In this document: positions 9,704-19,950 of the stretch, in pieces
Position numbering within the stretch: position 1 is the first letter of the stretch
Layout: every line of letters begins with the position of its first letter
Assembly (NCBI RefSeq): GCF_031409475.1
Contig: NZ_JANNXH010000004.1
Span: forward strand, 7,314 to 71,313
DNA from: Flavobacterium sp.
GTDB taxonomy: Bacteria > Bacteroidota > Bacteroidia > Flavobacteriales > Flavobacteriaceae
Reading direction: 5' to 3'
DNA: 64,000 bases
Program-made: the position numbers and the translations under genes
Notes under the pieces: generated by a model
Seen by the model: only the letters and a program-made list of their open reading frames with translations
What the model was told of the DNA's origin: nothing
Databases searched by the model: none

Positions 9704-11215
9704 CTATTTTACATCTTGCATTAATTTTTTGATAAATGGTGAAATCGCAATTAAAACAACTCCGGCTATTAATGCATAAATTGCAAGTTGTTGATAACCG
9801 TTTGCATATACATTTAGCTTATCAATGTTTGAGGAATTTGCCGAAGCTTCAGCAATATTGGCGCCAAGCAAACCTGCAAAATACTGACCGTATGCACTGG
9901 CCAAAAACCACATTCCCATGATTACAGCTTGCATTTTTTGGGGAGATAATTTGGTCATGGCGGACATCCCAATGGGCGATAAACACAATTCTCCAAAAGT
10001 AATAACAAACCAACCAAAAGTGAATAAATTCAATGATGTTTTTCCGTCAGGATTGGCAAAAAATTTAGTGTAATAAAAAATCCAAAAACCACCTGCAAGG
10101 AATAAAAACCCTAACCCAAACTTAACCACCGTATTAGGTTCTATTTTCTTTTTCGCCATCCAAATCCAAATAATCCCCAACAAAGCCGCAAAAATAATAA
10201 CGAATAATGCTCCTGATGAATTGTTTACTCCGTTTGGATCCAACTCCATTCCAAGCAATTTGTTGTCTAAATTATTGGCTGCAAATAAACTCAACGAACC
10301 ACCACTTTGCTCATAAAATGCCCAAAAGAAAATAGAAAAAATGATAAATACTAATGCTGCCAATAATTTCTTATTCTCAACTTTAGAGAAATTACGCATT
10401 TCATAAAACAAATAAAGTATCGAAGCTGGACCTATTACCATCATAAAATAATCGGTATAAACCGTATTAGCAACCATTAAAATAATGACAGGTATTAAAA
10501 CTAATGAACCAATATAGGTACTGATTTCATAGATTTTTCGCTTCGATTTTTCTAACCTTAACAAAGGGGATAATCCTATTTCACCTAAACTTTTTTGGGT
10601 TTGTATAAATGTCAATAAACTAATCACCATCACCACAGCGGCAAAACCAAAAGCATAATTCCAGCGAAGATTTTCTGGAACAAAACCCGCCCAGAGTGTA
10701 CCATTTGCTACGGCAATACAAATATAGCCTCCAATCAACGCCCCGAGATTTATTCCTGCATAAAACAACGAGAATCCGGCATCACGACGCACATCGCCTT
10801 CTTTATACAATTGTCCAACCATAGACGAAATATTGGGCTTAAAAAAACCTGTTCCTACAATTGAAAACCCAATTCCAGTAAAGAACAACTCTTTTGGACT
10901 AATGGCTAATATTATACTCCCAATTATCATTAAAATGCCTCCCCAAAAAAGGGATTTCCGTAATCCAAGAATTTTATCCGCAAACAAACCTCCTATGAAG
11001 GTAAAGGCATAAACCCATGCTTGTGTTGCTCCATATTGCAAGTTTGCTGTGGTTTCATCCATATTGAGTTGACTAACCATAAAAACAGCCAACATGCCAC
11101 GCATGCCGTAGAAACTAAATCGCTCCCACATTTCGGAGAAAAAAAGACTCCATAATTGTTTTGGGTATTTTCCTTGAAAATTTTGTATTTGCTCTCGTGT
11201 GATTTCTTTTTCCAT
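9704..11215 (-). CDS. POT/PTR family proton-dependent peptide transporter
   Basis: EMWERFSFYG (ExxERFxYY) and GTGFFKPNIS motifs. Confidence 0.9.
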   Translation of the reverse strand: MEKEITREQIQNFQGKYPKQLWSLFFSEMWERFSFYGMRGMLAVFMVSQLNMDETTANLQYGATQAWVYAFTFIGGLFADKILGLRKSLFWGGILMIIGSIILAISPKELFFTGIGFSIVGTGFFKPNISSMVGQLYKEGDVRRDAGFSLFYAGINLGALIGGYICIAVANGTLWAGFVPENLRWNYAFGFAAVVMVISLLTFIQTQKSLGEIGLSPLLRLEKSKRKIYEISTYIGSLVLIPVIILMVANTVYTDYFMMVIGPASILYLFYEMRNFSKVENKKLLAALVFIIFSIFFWAFYEQSGGSLSLFAANNLDNKLLGMELDPNGVNNSSGALFVIIFAALLGIIWIWMAKKKIEPNTVVKFGLGFLFLAGGFWIFYYTKFFANPDGKTSLNLFTFGWFVITFGELCLSPIGMSAMTKLSPQKMQAVIMGMWFLASAYGQYFAGLLGANIAEASANSSNIDKLNVYANGYQQLAIYALIAGVVLIAISPFIKKLMQDVK

Positions 11216-11242
11216 TTAGAGTTTGATTGGTCAACAAATATA

Positions 11243-11267
11243 AAAACCTCTGAAAAACAGAGGTTTT
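11243..11267. terminator. Intrinsic terminator between the two POT genes
   Basis: AAAACCTCTG-aaaaa-CAGAGGTTTT. Confidence 0.6.
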
Positions 11268-11285
11268 AAGAATTATTCGAAATTA

Positions 11286-13004
11286 TTAATGTACATTATT
11301 TTCTTTCATTACTCCATTGAGCCATTTTAGCATCACAAATAATAGCACTGCTGCTGCTAATACTAATCCAAAGTTTAAGTAAAAGAAATTTTGTTTCTCT
11401 GGAGTTTCTTCCCAAAGTGAGGATAAGATGCCCGATAATTTATTTCCTACAGATATCGCCAAGAAAAAACCACCCATCATTAATGCTGTTATTCGTGGTG
11501 GCGATAGTTTTGACACTAATGATAATCCCATTGGAGAAAGACACAATTCCCCAATAGTAATCACACCATACGATGCTAATAACCATAAAGAACTCGCTTT
11601 GATTGACAAGTCATTGGTTGCAAAAACAGCTCCTACCATTACTAAAGCCGATAAAGCTGTAATCACCAATCCAATGAATATTTTTGTTGGCGTGCTTGGT
11701 TCTTTCTTTTTACGTTTCATGAATCCAAAAATTCCAATAATTAATGGGGTTAAAACAACAACCCAAAACGGGTTCATAGATTGGTACAATTCTGTGGAGT
11801 ACAATTTTAAATTTTCTCCTTTAGCAGGAATTTGATCGCCTGGTAATGTGGCAAAATATTTTCTTGATTTTTCTAGTTGTCCTATTTCGCTGCCATAATC
11901 GCCTTTTGCCTTTAATTCTTCGGCAGAAACTGCAGGCATTGCTTCTTCTTTTGCACGCATATCCGCTATGGTTTTATCAAAAGTAACTTGATCCGCAGAC
12001 ACAATATCATTATTAACAACCACTTGTGCCATGCCTACTTTATCAGCCACATTCGAAACAGCAACTGGCATGTTTCTATCCGTATGATCTTCGGCCCAAA
12101 CGGTTAAAGCATCACCGTTCTGATGAAAAATGGCAAAAAATAAAATCACACAGGTAAACACTGCAAGCAATGCTTTAATAGCTCTACTCTCTTTAGCTTC
12201 GGCTTTAAAAGCAAGATAAATAAAGAACGCAATTACGGGTAAACAACCTATAATAAAGGCATCATTAGTATCTGATCCTAAAAAATTTCCAGGAATTAAA
12301 TATCCAATAACCCCAAAAATAAACATAGGCAATACGGTTAATCCTAAAATTTTTGAGGTTGACATATCGCCTTCTTGAACCGGTTTTACGATATCAATAT
12401 GTTTAATATGTTTAGTTCCTATAAGAAATACGACAATACCTATTAACATTCCTACTCCAGCTGCAGCAAATGCATGTCCCCAACCATAATTAATTCTCAT
12501 GTATGCAGCCACAAAATTACAGATGAAAGCGCCAACATTTATCCCCATATAGAAAATATTATAGCCCGCATCTTTCTTGTCCTTCATGTCGTCGCTGCTG
12601 TACAAATTCCCAACAAGTGTTGAAATGTTTGGCTTGAAGAAACCGTTACCCACAATAATAAGCAACAACGCAATATAAAAAGTAGTTACACTATGAATGG
12701 ACATTAAAAAATATCCGGCAGACATCATCAATCCTCCAATAATAATAGATCTTCGGTAGCCTAAAATTCTATCGGCTAATAATCCTCCAATAAAAGGAGT
12801 TAAATAAACCAATCCCAAATAGGTTCCATATATATCGGATTTTTTGGCGGCATCAAATCCCATTCCTCCATTGTTCCAACCGTCAATCATATATAGAGAA
12901 AAAATCCCTAACATTAAATAATAGCCAAATCTTTCCCACATTTCTGTTCCGAATAGAAACCAAAGCCCTTTTGGATGTCCTGTTTTTACTGCCGTTTCAC
13001 TCAT
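11286..13004 (-). CDS. POT/PTR family peptide transporter with an enlarged extracytoplasmic loop
   Basis: EMWERFGYY, GNGFFKPNIS, GELCLSPMG; hydrophilic ~100-aa insert in the C-terminal half. Confidence 0.9.
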   Translation of the reverse strand: MSETAVKTGHPKGLWFLFGTEMWERFGYYLMLGIFSLYMIDGWNNGGMGFDAAKKSDIYGTYLGLVYLTPFIGGLLADRILGYRRSIIIGGLMMSAGYFLMSIHSVTTFYIALLLIIVGNGFFKPNISTLVGNLYSSDDMKDKKDAGYNIFYMGINVGAFICNFVAAYMRINYGWGHAFAAAGVGMLIGIVVFLIGTKHIKHIDIVKPVQEGDMSTSKILGLTVLPMFIFGVIGYLIPGNFLGSDTNDAFIIGCLPVIAFFIYLAFKAEAKESRAIKALLAVFTCVILFFAIFHQNGDALTVWAEDHTDRNMPVAVSNVADKVGMAQVVVNNDIVSADQVTFDKTIADMRAKEEAMPAVSAEELKAKGDYGSEIGQLEKSRKYFATLPGDQIPAKGENLKLYSTELYQSMNPFWVVVLTPLIIGIFGFMKRKKKEPSTPTKIFIGLVITALSALVMVGAVFATNDLSIKASSLWLLASYGVITIGELCLSPMGLSLVSKLSPPRITALMMGGFFLAISVGNKLSGILSSLWEETPEKQNFFYLNFGLVLAAAVLLFVMLKWLNGVMKENNVH

Positions 13005-13177
13005 GTTAATCGTTATGAATTTAAATTATTATTAAAAGAAAAAGTTCTTGACTAAGAACTGTCAATTTTAGTGAAAAAATTACACATATTTCACGTTTTA
13101 TGTGTTAAATGTTAAAAATAATCACAAATTCAAACCTATCAAAAAATGTAATCTGGCTGTAAATAAGTCCAAAATTG

Positions 13178-13185
13178 TATCTTTG
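13178..13185 (+). promoter_or_regulatory. Bacteroidota sigma70 -7 box for the HMG-CoA reductase gene
   Basis: TATCTTTG; supports ATG 13214 rather than TTG 13175 as the start. Confidence 0.6.
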
Positions 13186-13213
13186 CCTCAAATCATTTTA
13201 TAATCAATTGAAC

Positions 13214-14536
13214 ATGAACAACGCTGTTGCCGGATTTTCGAAATTATCTAAAGATGAAAAAATCAATTGGATTGCCAAGGAATATTTTTCAAATACAGAA
13301 GGCGCGATTGCAATTATCAAAAATTATTGGAATACCAATGATAAAATCCAAAAACTCCACGACGAATTCATCGAAAATACGATATCCAATTTTTATATTC
13401 CGCTTGGCGTTGCTCCAAATTTTTTAATCAACGGGAAATTCAGCACTATTCCCATGGCAATTGAAGAAAGCTCTGTAGTTGCTGCAGCAGCAAAGTCTGC
13501 CAAATTCTGGTCCACACGTGGCGGATTTAAAACTACCGTTATCAATACCGAAAAAATAGGACAAGTCCATTTTATTTTCAAAGGCGACGAATCAAAACTA
13601 GCCCTTTTCTTTGCCCAGACTAAAACAAAATTTTTTACCCAAACCGAAAGCATTACTAAAAATATGCAAAAGCGTGGTGGTGGAATTCTAGATATTGTCT
13701 TACATGACAAAACCTTTTTATTACCCCATTATTTTCAATTACACGCTACGTTTGAAACTAAAGATTCGATGGGAGCTAATTTCATCAATTCCTGTTTAGA
13801 ACAATTTGCCAAAACTTTAAAAGAAGAAGCATTGACTTATGATTTATTTTCGGATGAAGAAAAAGGCATTGAGGTTGTAATGAGTATTCTCTCAAATTAT
13901 GTTCCAAATTGCATCGTTCGTGCCGAAGTTTCCTGTCCAATTGAAGCTTTGTCCGAGAAACATATTATAGATCCAAAAGCGTTTGCCGAACGGTTTGTTC
14001 GAGCGGTTCAAATTGCCGAAGTAGAACCCTTTCGTGCCGTAACCCACAACAAAGGAATCATGAATGGTATTGATGCCGTTGTGCTTGCTACAGGAAATGA
14101 TTTTCGTGCAGTCGAAGCAGGAATTCATGCGTATGCTTCGAGAAACGGAACCTATTCGAGTTTGTCTCATGCTAAAATCGAAAATGGGATTTTTACTTTT
14201 TGGCTAGAAGTTCCTTTGGCTTTAGGAACAGTTGGCGGATTGACTTCTTTGCATCCATTAGTGAAACTGTCGCTAGAAATGTTAGAAAACCCATCGGCAA
14301 AAGAGTTGATGCAATTTGTGGCAGTTGCAGGATTAGCACAAAATTTTGCTGCTTTGCGTTCGTTGACTACAACAGGAATTCAAGACGGACACATGAAAAT
14401 GCATTTGAATAATATTCTAAATCAGTTTGAAGCCAACGAGGAAGAACGGGTTTTGATAAAAAAACATTTTAAAGAAAATGTAGTTTCTCACAGTGCAGTT
14501 GTTGATTTTATTGAGAATTTAAGAAAACCTATTTAA
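13214..14536 (+). CDS. mvaA: Hydroxymethylglutaryl-CoA reductase, class II
   Basis: ENTIS, PMAIEESSVVAA, DSMGAN, THNKGIMNG, GIQDGHMKMH motifs. Confidence 0.92.
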   Translation: MNNAVAGFSKLSKDEKINWIAKEYFSNTEGAIAIIKNYWNTNDKIQKLHDEFIENTISNFYIPLGVAPNFLINGKFSTIPMAIEESSVVAAAAKSAKFWSTRGGFKTTVINTEKIGQVHFIFKGDESKLALFFAQTKTKFFTQTESITKNMQKRGGGILDIVLHDKTFLLPHYFQLHATFETKDSMGANFINSCLEQFAKTLKEEALTYDLFSDEEKGIEVVMSILSNYVPNCIVRAEVSCPIEALSEKHIIDPKAFAERFVRAVQIAEVEPFRAVTHNKGIMNGIDAVVLATGNDFRAVEAGIHAYASRNGTYSSLSHAKIENGIFTFWLEVPLALGTVGGLTSLHPLVKLSLEMLENPSAKELMQFVAVAGLAQNFAALRSLTTTGIQDGHMKMHLNNILNQFEANEEERVLIKKHFKENVVSHSAVVDFIENLRKPI

Positions 14537-14546
14537 TCCATCAACC

Positions 14547-14581
14547 TAACCCTTACAGGGTTTAAAACCCTGAAAGGGTTA
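14547..14581. repeat. 35-bp REP-like palindrome between mvaA and the GHMP kinase
   Basis: TAACCCTTACAGGGTTT-a-AAACCCTGAAAGGGTTA, 16/17 arm complementarity. Confidence 0.7.
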
Positions 14582-14589
14582 ACTATCGA

Positions 14590-15504
14590 ATGAAAAAAGA
14601 ATTTTATAGCAACGGAAAACTTTTAATCACGGGAGAATATCTGGTTCTTGATGGCGGAATAGCATTGGCTTTGCCTACAAAATATGGTCAAAAACTAACC
14701 GTTGAAGTAGCCAATAATCAAGAAATAAGTTGGCGCAGTTTTGACTCAGACGGAAGCGTTTGGTTTGAAGATTCTATAACGTTTGAAGAAATAAAGCATC
14801 AACTAATACCAGAAAAAGAGTCCGTAAAAAACACTTTGATAAAAATTCTTCACGAAGCTTATGTTTTAAATCCAGACTATTTAAATCATTCTAATGGATA
14901 TAATGTTACGACACAACTTACATTCCCTAGAAATTGGGGTTTAGGAACTTCGTCTACTTTATTGAATAATATTGCTCAATGGACACAAATCGATGCTTTT
15001 GAATTGCTTAAAAATAGTTTTGGAGGCAGCGGTTATGATATTGCTTGTGCTCAAAATGATGTTCCTATAGTATATCATTTAGAAAACGAAAAACCTGTTG
15101 TTGAAAAAGTAAGTTTTGAACCTAAATTTTCTGAAAATTTATATTTTGTTTATCTCAATAAAAAGCAAAGTAGCAAAACCGCTATCGCTGCTTATCACAA
15201 GTACAAAAATAAAAAACTAGAGAAAATCATTATCGAAAATAATAAAATCACTTTGGCAGTTTTAAATTCAAAAACAGTGCAAGAATTTTCTGGATGGATT
15301 CATAAACATGAAGCTCAACTGAGTGTTGTTCTAGAAATACAAACCGTAAAAGAAAATTTATTTCCTGATTTTAAAGGTGTCGTAAAAAGTCTTGGAGCTT
15401 GGGGAGGCGATTTTGTTATGGTGATTTCGAAAGAAAATCCGAGCAATTATTTCAAGGAAAAAGGGTTTTCTACACTAATTCCGTATAAAGAAATGATTTT
15501 ATAA
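14590..15504 (+). CDS. GHMP kinase (GYDIA type), probable phosphomevalonate kinase
   Basis: GKLLITGEY, WGLGTSS, GSGYDIA, KSLGAWGGD; adjacent to mvaA, while mvk and mvaD lie elsewhere in the window. Confidence 0.75.
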   Translation: MKKEFYSNGKLLITGEYLVLDGGIALALPTKYGQKLTVEVANNQEISWRSFDSDGSVWFEDSITFEEIKHQLIPEKESVKNTLIKILHEAYVLNPDYLNHSNGYNVTTQLTFPRNWGLGTSSTLLNNIAQWTQIDAFELLKNSFGGSGYDIACAQNDVPIVYHLENEKPVVEKVSFEPKFSENLYFVYLNKKQSSKTAIAAYHKYKNKKLEKIIIENNKITLAVLNSKTVQEFSGWIHKHEAQLSVVLEIQTVKENLFPDFKGVVKSLGAWGGDFVMVISKENPSNYFKEKGFSTLIPYKEMIL

Positions 15505-15613
15505 TTTCAATAAGTCTTTGAATTTAACAGAAAAACGCTGGCTGTTTGACCTTTCGTCCAAAACTATTCTAATAAAATTGACATGAATTTTTTGGGAAAA
15601 TTAAACCTAAAAA

Positions 15614-15639
15614 AATCCCGTCTACTTAAAAACGGGATT
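15614..15639. terminator. Terminator between the convergent GHMP kinase and ppiD-like genes
   Basis: AATCCCGT-ctacttaaaa-ACGGGATT flanked by an A-run. Confidence 0.55.
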
Positions 15640-15661
15640 GATTTATAATTTGAAATTTAAT

Positions 15662-17761
15662 CTAGTAATTAAATTGTGTTCTATTATCCTCTATTTTAGC
15701 AATAGCTTTTAGAGCTGGAACAATTCGGTTAGAATCCGAGGCGCTTTGCGCTTTTAATTTAGTTACATAAGCAGCGTGACTTTTTAATACCGGTGCTTTA
15801 ATTACACTTTTATTTAGCACCACATAAACTCCTGTATTTCCTTCAATAGGCGCAGATAATTTGTTTGCTGCCAATGCAAATGCATTTCCAACGACTTTAG
15901 GTTCTTGACCAACTCCTCCTGGCAATACCGGATTTTCCATAGTAACATCTGCAGCTTGTTGTACCGTTGAAGCAGTAGCTTTTGCAATTGCTTCTAATGA
16001 AGTTCCTGTCATTTTTGCTTTGATAAGTTCCGCTTTTTTCTGGTTTTTTAGAATAGGTTCTATATATCCTTTTACTAAATCAACTGCCATTAGTCCCGCT
16101 TCATTTACTTTTTTAACTCTAGCGATTATATGTCCAAGATTGGCTACTTCAAATCTTTTTACAGCGCCTAAATCAGTTCCGGTTTCATAAGCCCATTGTA
16201 TAATATTTCTTTGGTTTCCCAAAGATCCAAATGCTTCGTCCATAACTTTTACAGTAACAGTTGGAGCAATTGTAAGTTTCATGGCTGCGGCTGTTTTTGT
16301 AAAATCTTTTTCGGTTGCATCGATTTCAAATTTTGTAGCTTCTGCAAACACTTTGTCCGATGTTGCTTCTGAGGCTTCTACTTTTTGAGCTACAGTTGCA
16401 AGTCGAACTCCGTCTTGTTTATCAGTAACTTTGATAATATGAAAACCAAATTGTGTTTCTACAATTCCTAGTTTGCCAATAGCATTATTGAAAACAAAAT
16501 CGTTAAATGGTTTTACCATTTGGTTTGGACCAAAAAATCCTAAATCTCCACCTTGTTGAGCTGATGAATCTTCTGAGGCTGTAAAAGCTAACATCATGAA
16601 ACTGTCTGGACTTGCAGAAATTTGTGCAAGCAATGCTTCTGCTTTTGCTTTGGCTTCTTCTTTAGTTCTTCGTTCTTTTTGGTTTTGTGCTTGCGAACCT
16701 TCGTAACCAATAAGTATGTGACTTGCTTTTGCATTTACACCTACTTTTCTACCCAATGATTTAGAAATACAATAGTATTTGCCAAACATATAGGGTCCGT
16801 AAACTGAACCTGGAGCTAAATTATACAATTGTTCCGCATCAGTAGCCGGTAAATCTTTTTTAGCAACATAAGTTGAATCGTATGGCACATCTGAATTTGA
16901 GTTTACAAATTCGATGTTGTTTGAAGTTGATCTAAATCCTGATACTGTATCGTTTTTTCCTGTCGCTTGGTTGTAAACAACGCTTCCTGATAACAATCCA
17001 CTGATTTTTGATTTAACTTCCGCTTCGTCTTCTTTTGAAGCTTTATCTTCGATAAGTACGTATTCTAACTCCCGAGATTCGTCTGCTTTATATTTTTTTT
17101 CATTCTTTTTCATGAAAGCTACAATCTCTTCATCAGTCACTTTTACTTGACTGTCTTTAATTGTAGAATACAATCCAGCAACATAAGCAAAATTCACTTT
17201 GTTAGCTTCCATTTCGTATTTTAATTTTCCTTCACTTTCTGTAGTGTAAATACCTGCTTTTACTAAGGTATTGTAGATTTGATATTTTGCATTAAGCTCT
17301 GCATCTTTTTCTCTATCCTTTAAATACTGTGCTTGTTCTGGATTTGATTTGAAATATTCTTTGAATTTTGCTGAGTCAAAAACTCCTGCCTCATTTAAAA
17401 ACATAGGGTTTTTTCCAATGTTTTGATCTGCTTTCAAAACTTCCATGATGTGTTTTTCACCAACTCTTAATCCCAATTTCTCAAATTCAGTAGTTAGTAA
17501 AGCGATAGAAACTTCTTGTTCCCATACTCTATTAGAAGCTGCTGTAGAAGTCATACCTTGTTGACTTTTTTCAACATTGCTTACTTTTACTCTAAACTCT
17601 TCGAATGAAATATCTTTTCCATCTACACTTCCTACGTCCTTTGAACTTTTACCAAAACTTCCGTTACTGAAAAAATCTCCTGCTATAAATGCGAATAATG
17701 CGAATGCTATAACGAGCATCATTATAGTGGAACGTTGTCTAATTTTTGCTAAAACTGCCAT
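15662..17761 (-). CDS. PpiD-like periplasmic chaperone / parvulin peptidyl-prolyl isomerase
   Basis: N-terminal TM anchor, SurA_N-like region, parvulin motifs ASHILI, GGDLGFF, ETQFGFHII. Confidence 0.85.
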   Translation of the reverse strand: MAVLAKIRQRSTIMMLVIAFALFAFIAGDFFSNGSFGKSSKDVGSVDGKDISFEEFRVKVSNVEKSQQGMTSTAASNRVWEQEVSIALLTTEFEKLGLRVGEKHIMEVLKADQNIGKNPMFLNEAGVFDSAKFKEYFKSNPEQAQYLKDREKDAELNAKYQIYNTLVKAGIYTTESEGKLKYEMEANKVNFAYVAGLYSTIKDSQVKVTDEEIVAFMKKNEKKYKADESRELEYVLIEDKASKEDEAEVKSKISGLLSGSVVYNQATGKNDTVSGFRSTSNNIEFVNSNSDVPYDSTYVAKKDLPATDAEQLYNLAPGSVYGPYMFGKYYCISKSLGRKVGVNAKASHILIGYEGSQAQNQKERRTKEEAKAKAEALLAQISASPDSFMMLAFTASEDSSAQQGGDLGFFGPNQMVKPFNDFVFNNAIGKLGIVETQFGFHIIKVTDKQDGVRLATVAQKVEASEATSDKVFAEATKFEIDATEKDFTKTAAAMKLTIAPTVTVKVMDEAFGSLGNQRNIIQWAYETGTDLGAVKRFEVANLGHIIARVKKVNEAGLMAVDLVKGYIEPILKNQKKAELIKAKMTGTSLEAIAKATASTVQQAADVTMENPVLPGGVGQEPKVVGNAFALAANKLSAPIEGNTGVYVVLNKSVIKAPVLKSHAAYVTKLKAQSASDSNRIVPALKAIAKIEDNRTQFNY

Positions 17762-17870
17762 TTTTATTGTTGTTAATTTTTATATTCAGTTTGCGAAAAT
17801 ACAATTATCTCGTTAATAATTATACTTGTAGCATTTTATTTTACAAGAAATATTGAAATAGTAAAAAAAA

Positions 17871-19130
17871 TTAATCTTTTACGGTCATTTTAACCAATTC
17901 TATTTTCTTATTGGTGGCTGCTTCAATTACAAAATGATAATTTCCAATGGTTATTTCGTCGCCTTTTTCAGGAATTTCTTTGGTAAAATCAACAATAAAA
18001 CCTCCTAGAGTTCCGTAAGAATCACTTTCTGGAATTGCAAGTTTATAAGTTTGGTTTAAATACTCAACATCAAATCGTGTGGAGAATAAAAAACTATCTA
18101 CTGCTACTACTTTTTCTATTAGTTCTTCGTCTGAATCGTGTTCGTCTTCGATTTCTCCAAACAACTCTTCCACTATATCTTCAATTGTAATAATTCCCGA
18201 AGTTCCACCGTATTCATCTAGAACGACTGCAAGACTTTTACGTTTTTTGGTTAGCAAATTCATTGCATCTTTAATATAAATGGTTTCTGGAATGAATTCA
18301 ATTGGAATAAGAATCGATTTGAGGTTTTTGGGTTTTTTGAATAGATCGAACGAGTGAATGTAACCTATAATGTCGTCTAGAGAATTTTGATAAACAACAA
18401 TTTTAGAATAACCCGTTTCGATAAACAATTCCTTTAATTCTATAACCGAATCAAACAATTCAATTGCCACAATTTCGGTTCTTGGAGTCATAACATCTCT
18501 GGCTTTTACCCCTGAAAATTCTAATGCATTTTGAAACATTTGTATTTCAGAATCTACATCTTCGTTATCCTCAACGGTGCTCATTTGCTCGGTAATATAA
18601 TTTCCGAGTTCTGTTTTACTAAAATAAAGTTGCACTTGATCGCCTTGAGTTTTAAAGAATTTTTTTAAAACAAAATCAGAAACCCAAATAAAAAATGTTG
18701 CGGTAAAATAAAACAACTTGTAAAAAATATAAGCTGGAATAGCAAAAAATTTAATGAGCGTGTTTGCGTATATTTTGAAAAATACTTTTGGCAAAAACTC
18801 CGCTGTAATCAAAATTATTAGTGTAGATAGTAGTGTTTGCAGAAATAAATTTGTTGATTCCGAAAAATCATATCCTAATGTTTCGATCCACTGCAGTATC
18901 AATTTTCCCATAAAAAACCCGTAAACCACAAGTGCAATAGTATTGCCTATGAGCATTGCGGCTATAAATTTTGAAGGCTTCTCAGTAAGTTTTGTAAGAA
19001 TGTTTGAAATAAAATTATCTTGTTTTTTTTCTATTTCAAGGTAAATTTTATTCGAAGATAGGTAGGCAATTTCCATTCCCGAAAAAAAGGCGCATAGTAT
19101 TAAACAAAGTAATATAATGCTGATTTCCAT
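17871..19130 (-). CDS. CNNM/CBS/CorC domain protein (hemolysin/TlyC family)
   Basis: FFSGMEIA, AEFLPK, VMTPR, VVLDEYGGTSGIITIEDIVEELFGEIEDEHD, TLGGF. Confidence 0.9.
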   Translation of the reverse strand: MEISIILLCLILCAFFSGMEIAYLSSNKIYLEIEKKQDNFISNILTKLTEKPSKFIAAMLIGNTIALVVYGFFMGKLILQWIETLGYDFSESTNLFLQTLLSTLIILITAEFLPKVFFKIYANTLIKFFAIPAYIFYKLFYFTATFFIWVSDFVLKKFFKTQGDQVQLYFSKTELGNYITEQMSTVEDNEDVDSEIQMFQNALEFSGVKARDVMTPRTEIVAIELFDSVIELKELFIETGYSKIVVYQNSLDDIIGYIHSFDLFKKPKNLKSILIPIEFIPETIYIKDAMNLLTKKRKSLAVVLDEYGGTSGIITIEDIVEELFGEIEDEHDSDEELIEKVVAVDSFLFSTRFDVEYLNQTYKLAIPESDSYGTLGGFIVDFTKEIPEKGDEITIGNYHFVIEAATNKKIELVKMTVKD

Positions 19131-19133
19131 AGT

Positions 19134-19328
19134 TTAGGATTTACTATTATGGTCGTCAAATTTTTTTGCAAATTTTCGTCTAAAGAAAAACATGAATAGT
19201 GCCACAGCTGCGATTATGAATGTTAACCACGGAGTTGATTCTCCAGCATTCATTTTACTAATTGCATCGTAAATAAAAAAGAGGGCGAAAACAAGATATA
19301 CGTATTGAGTGTATTTTAAATAATTCAT
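19134..19328 (-). CDS. Small two-TM hypothetical protein
   Basis: 64 aa, two hydrophobic segments, operon-like spacing (17 and 3 nt) between lptC and the CNNM gene. Confidence 0.7.
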   Translation of the reverse strand: MNYLKYTQYVYLVFALFFIYDAISKMNAGESTPWLTFIIAAVALFMFFFRRKFAKKFDDHNSKS

Positions 19329-19345
19329 GATTTTTATTAATTAAA

Positions 19346-19900
19346 TTAATCTGCCGAAATCACTTCGCCAGCAATTTTTTGTGAATTTATGATTTTAAAA
19401 TCTTTGCTAAAATCTATTCCTTGTCCGTTCGAAACTCCTTTTGGATCTGTAAATTTAAAGCTTTTTTCGGTAAAAAACCATTCGTTTTTTTGGTCGTAAA
19501 ATAATTGCTCGGTTTCTAGTATTTGTCCGTCTTGAGAGGTGATTTTTACATTTCCTTGCAAATCAATAATGCTTGTTACTTTATAGGAAACGGCGTAGTT
19601 TGATTTTATAAAAGTTTTTTTACCTTTAATATCATAAAGTGTGACATCAATGCCTTTTGGAAATTCCGTGAAAGGAAAATTTATACTCGAAAAATCTAAC
19701 ATTTTTGGACTGACTAAAATCGCACTTATCCGACCTGAATCTGTGTATTTAAGATTTACTTTGTCTGCATCACCACTGGGAATAAACTCTGAAAAATTTA
19801 TTTTTTGAACTTCTTTAAAATTACTTTCACATCCAAAAAACAGTGTCACAGCAAAAACTGTGACAACGGTTAGAGTTTGATATTTTTTTAGTAAAGTCAT
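19346..19900 (-). CDS. lptC: LPS export periplasmic protein LptC
   Basis: Lipobox-like LFFGC, YTDSG, EFPKG, LETEQLFYDQ; position in the conserved Bacteroidota coaX cluster. Confidence 0.75.
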   Translation of the reverse strand: MTLLKKYQTLTVVTVFAVTLFFGCESNFKEVQKINFSEFIPSGDADKVNLKYTDSGRISAILVSPKMLDFSSINFPFTEFPKGIDVTLYDIKGKKTFIKSNYAVSYKVTSIIDLQGNVKITSQDGQILETEQLFYDQKNEWFFTEKSFKFTDPKGVSNGQGIDFSKDFKIINSQKIAGEVISAD

Positions 19901-19950
19901 TTGCTCTATTTGACAAAATTATAGTTATTGTACTTAACTATTTTCAACAA

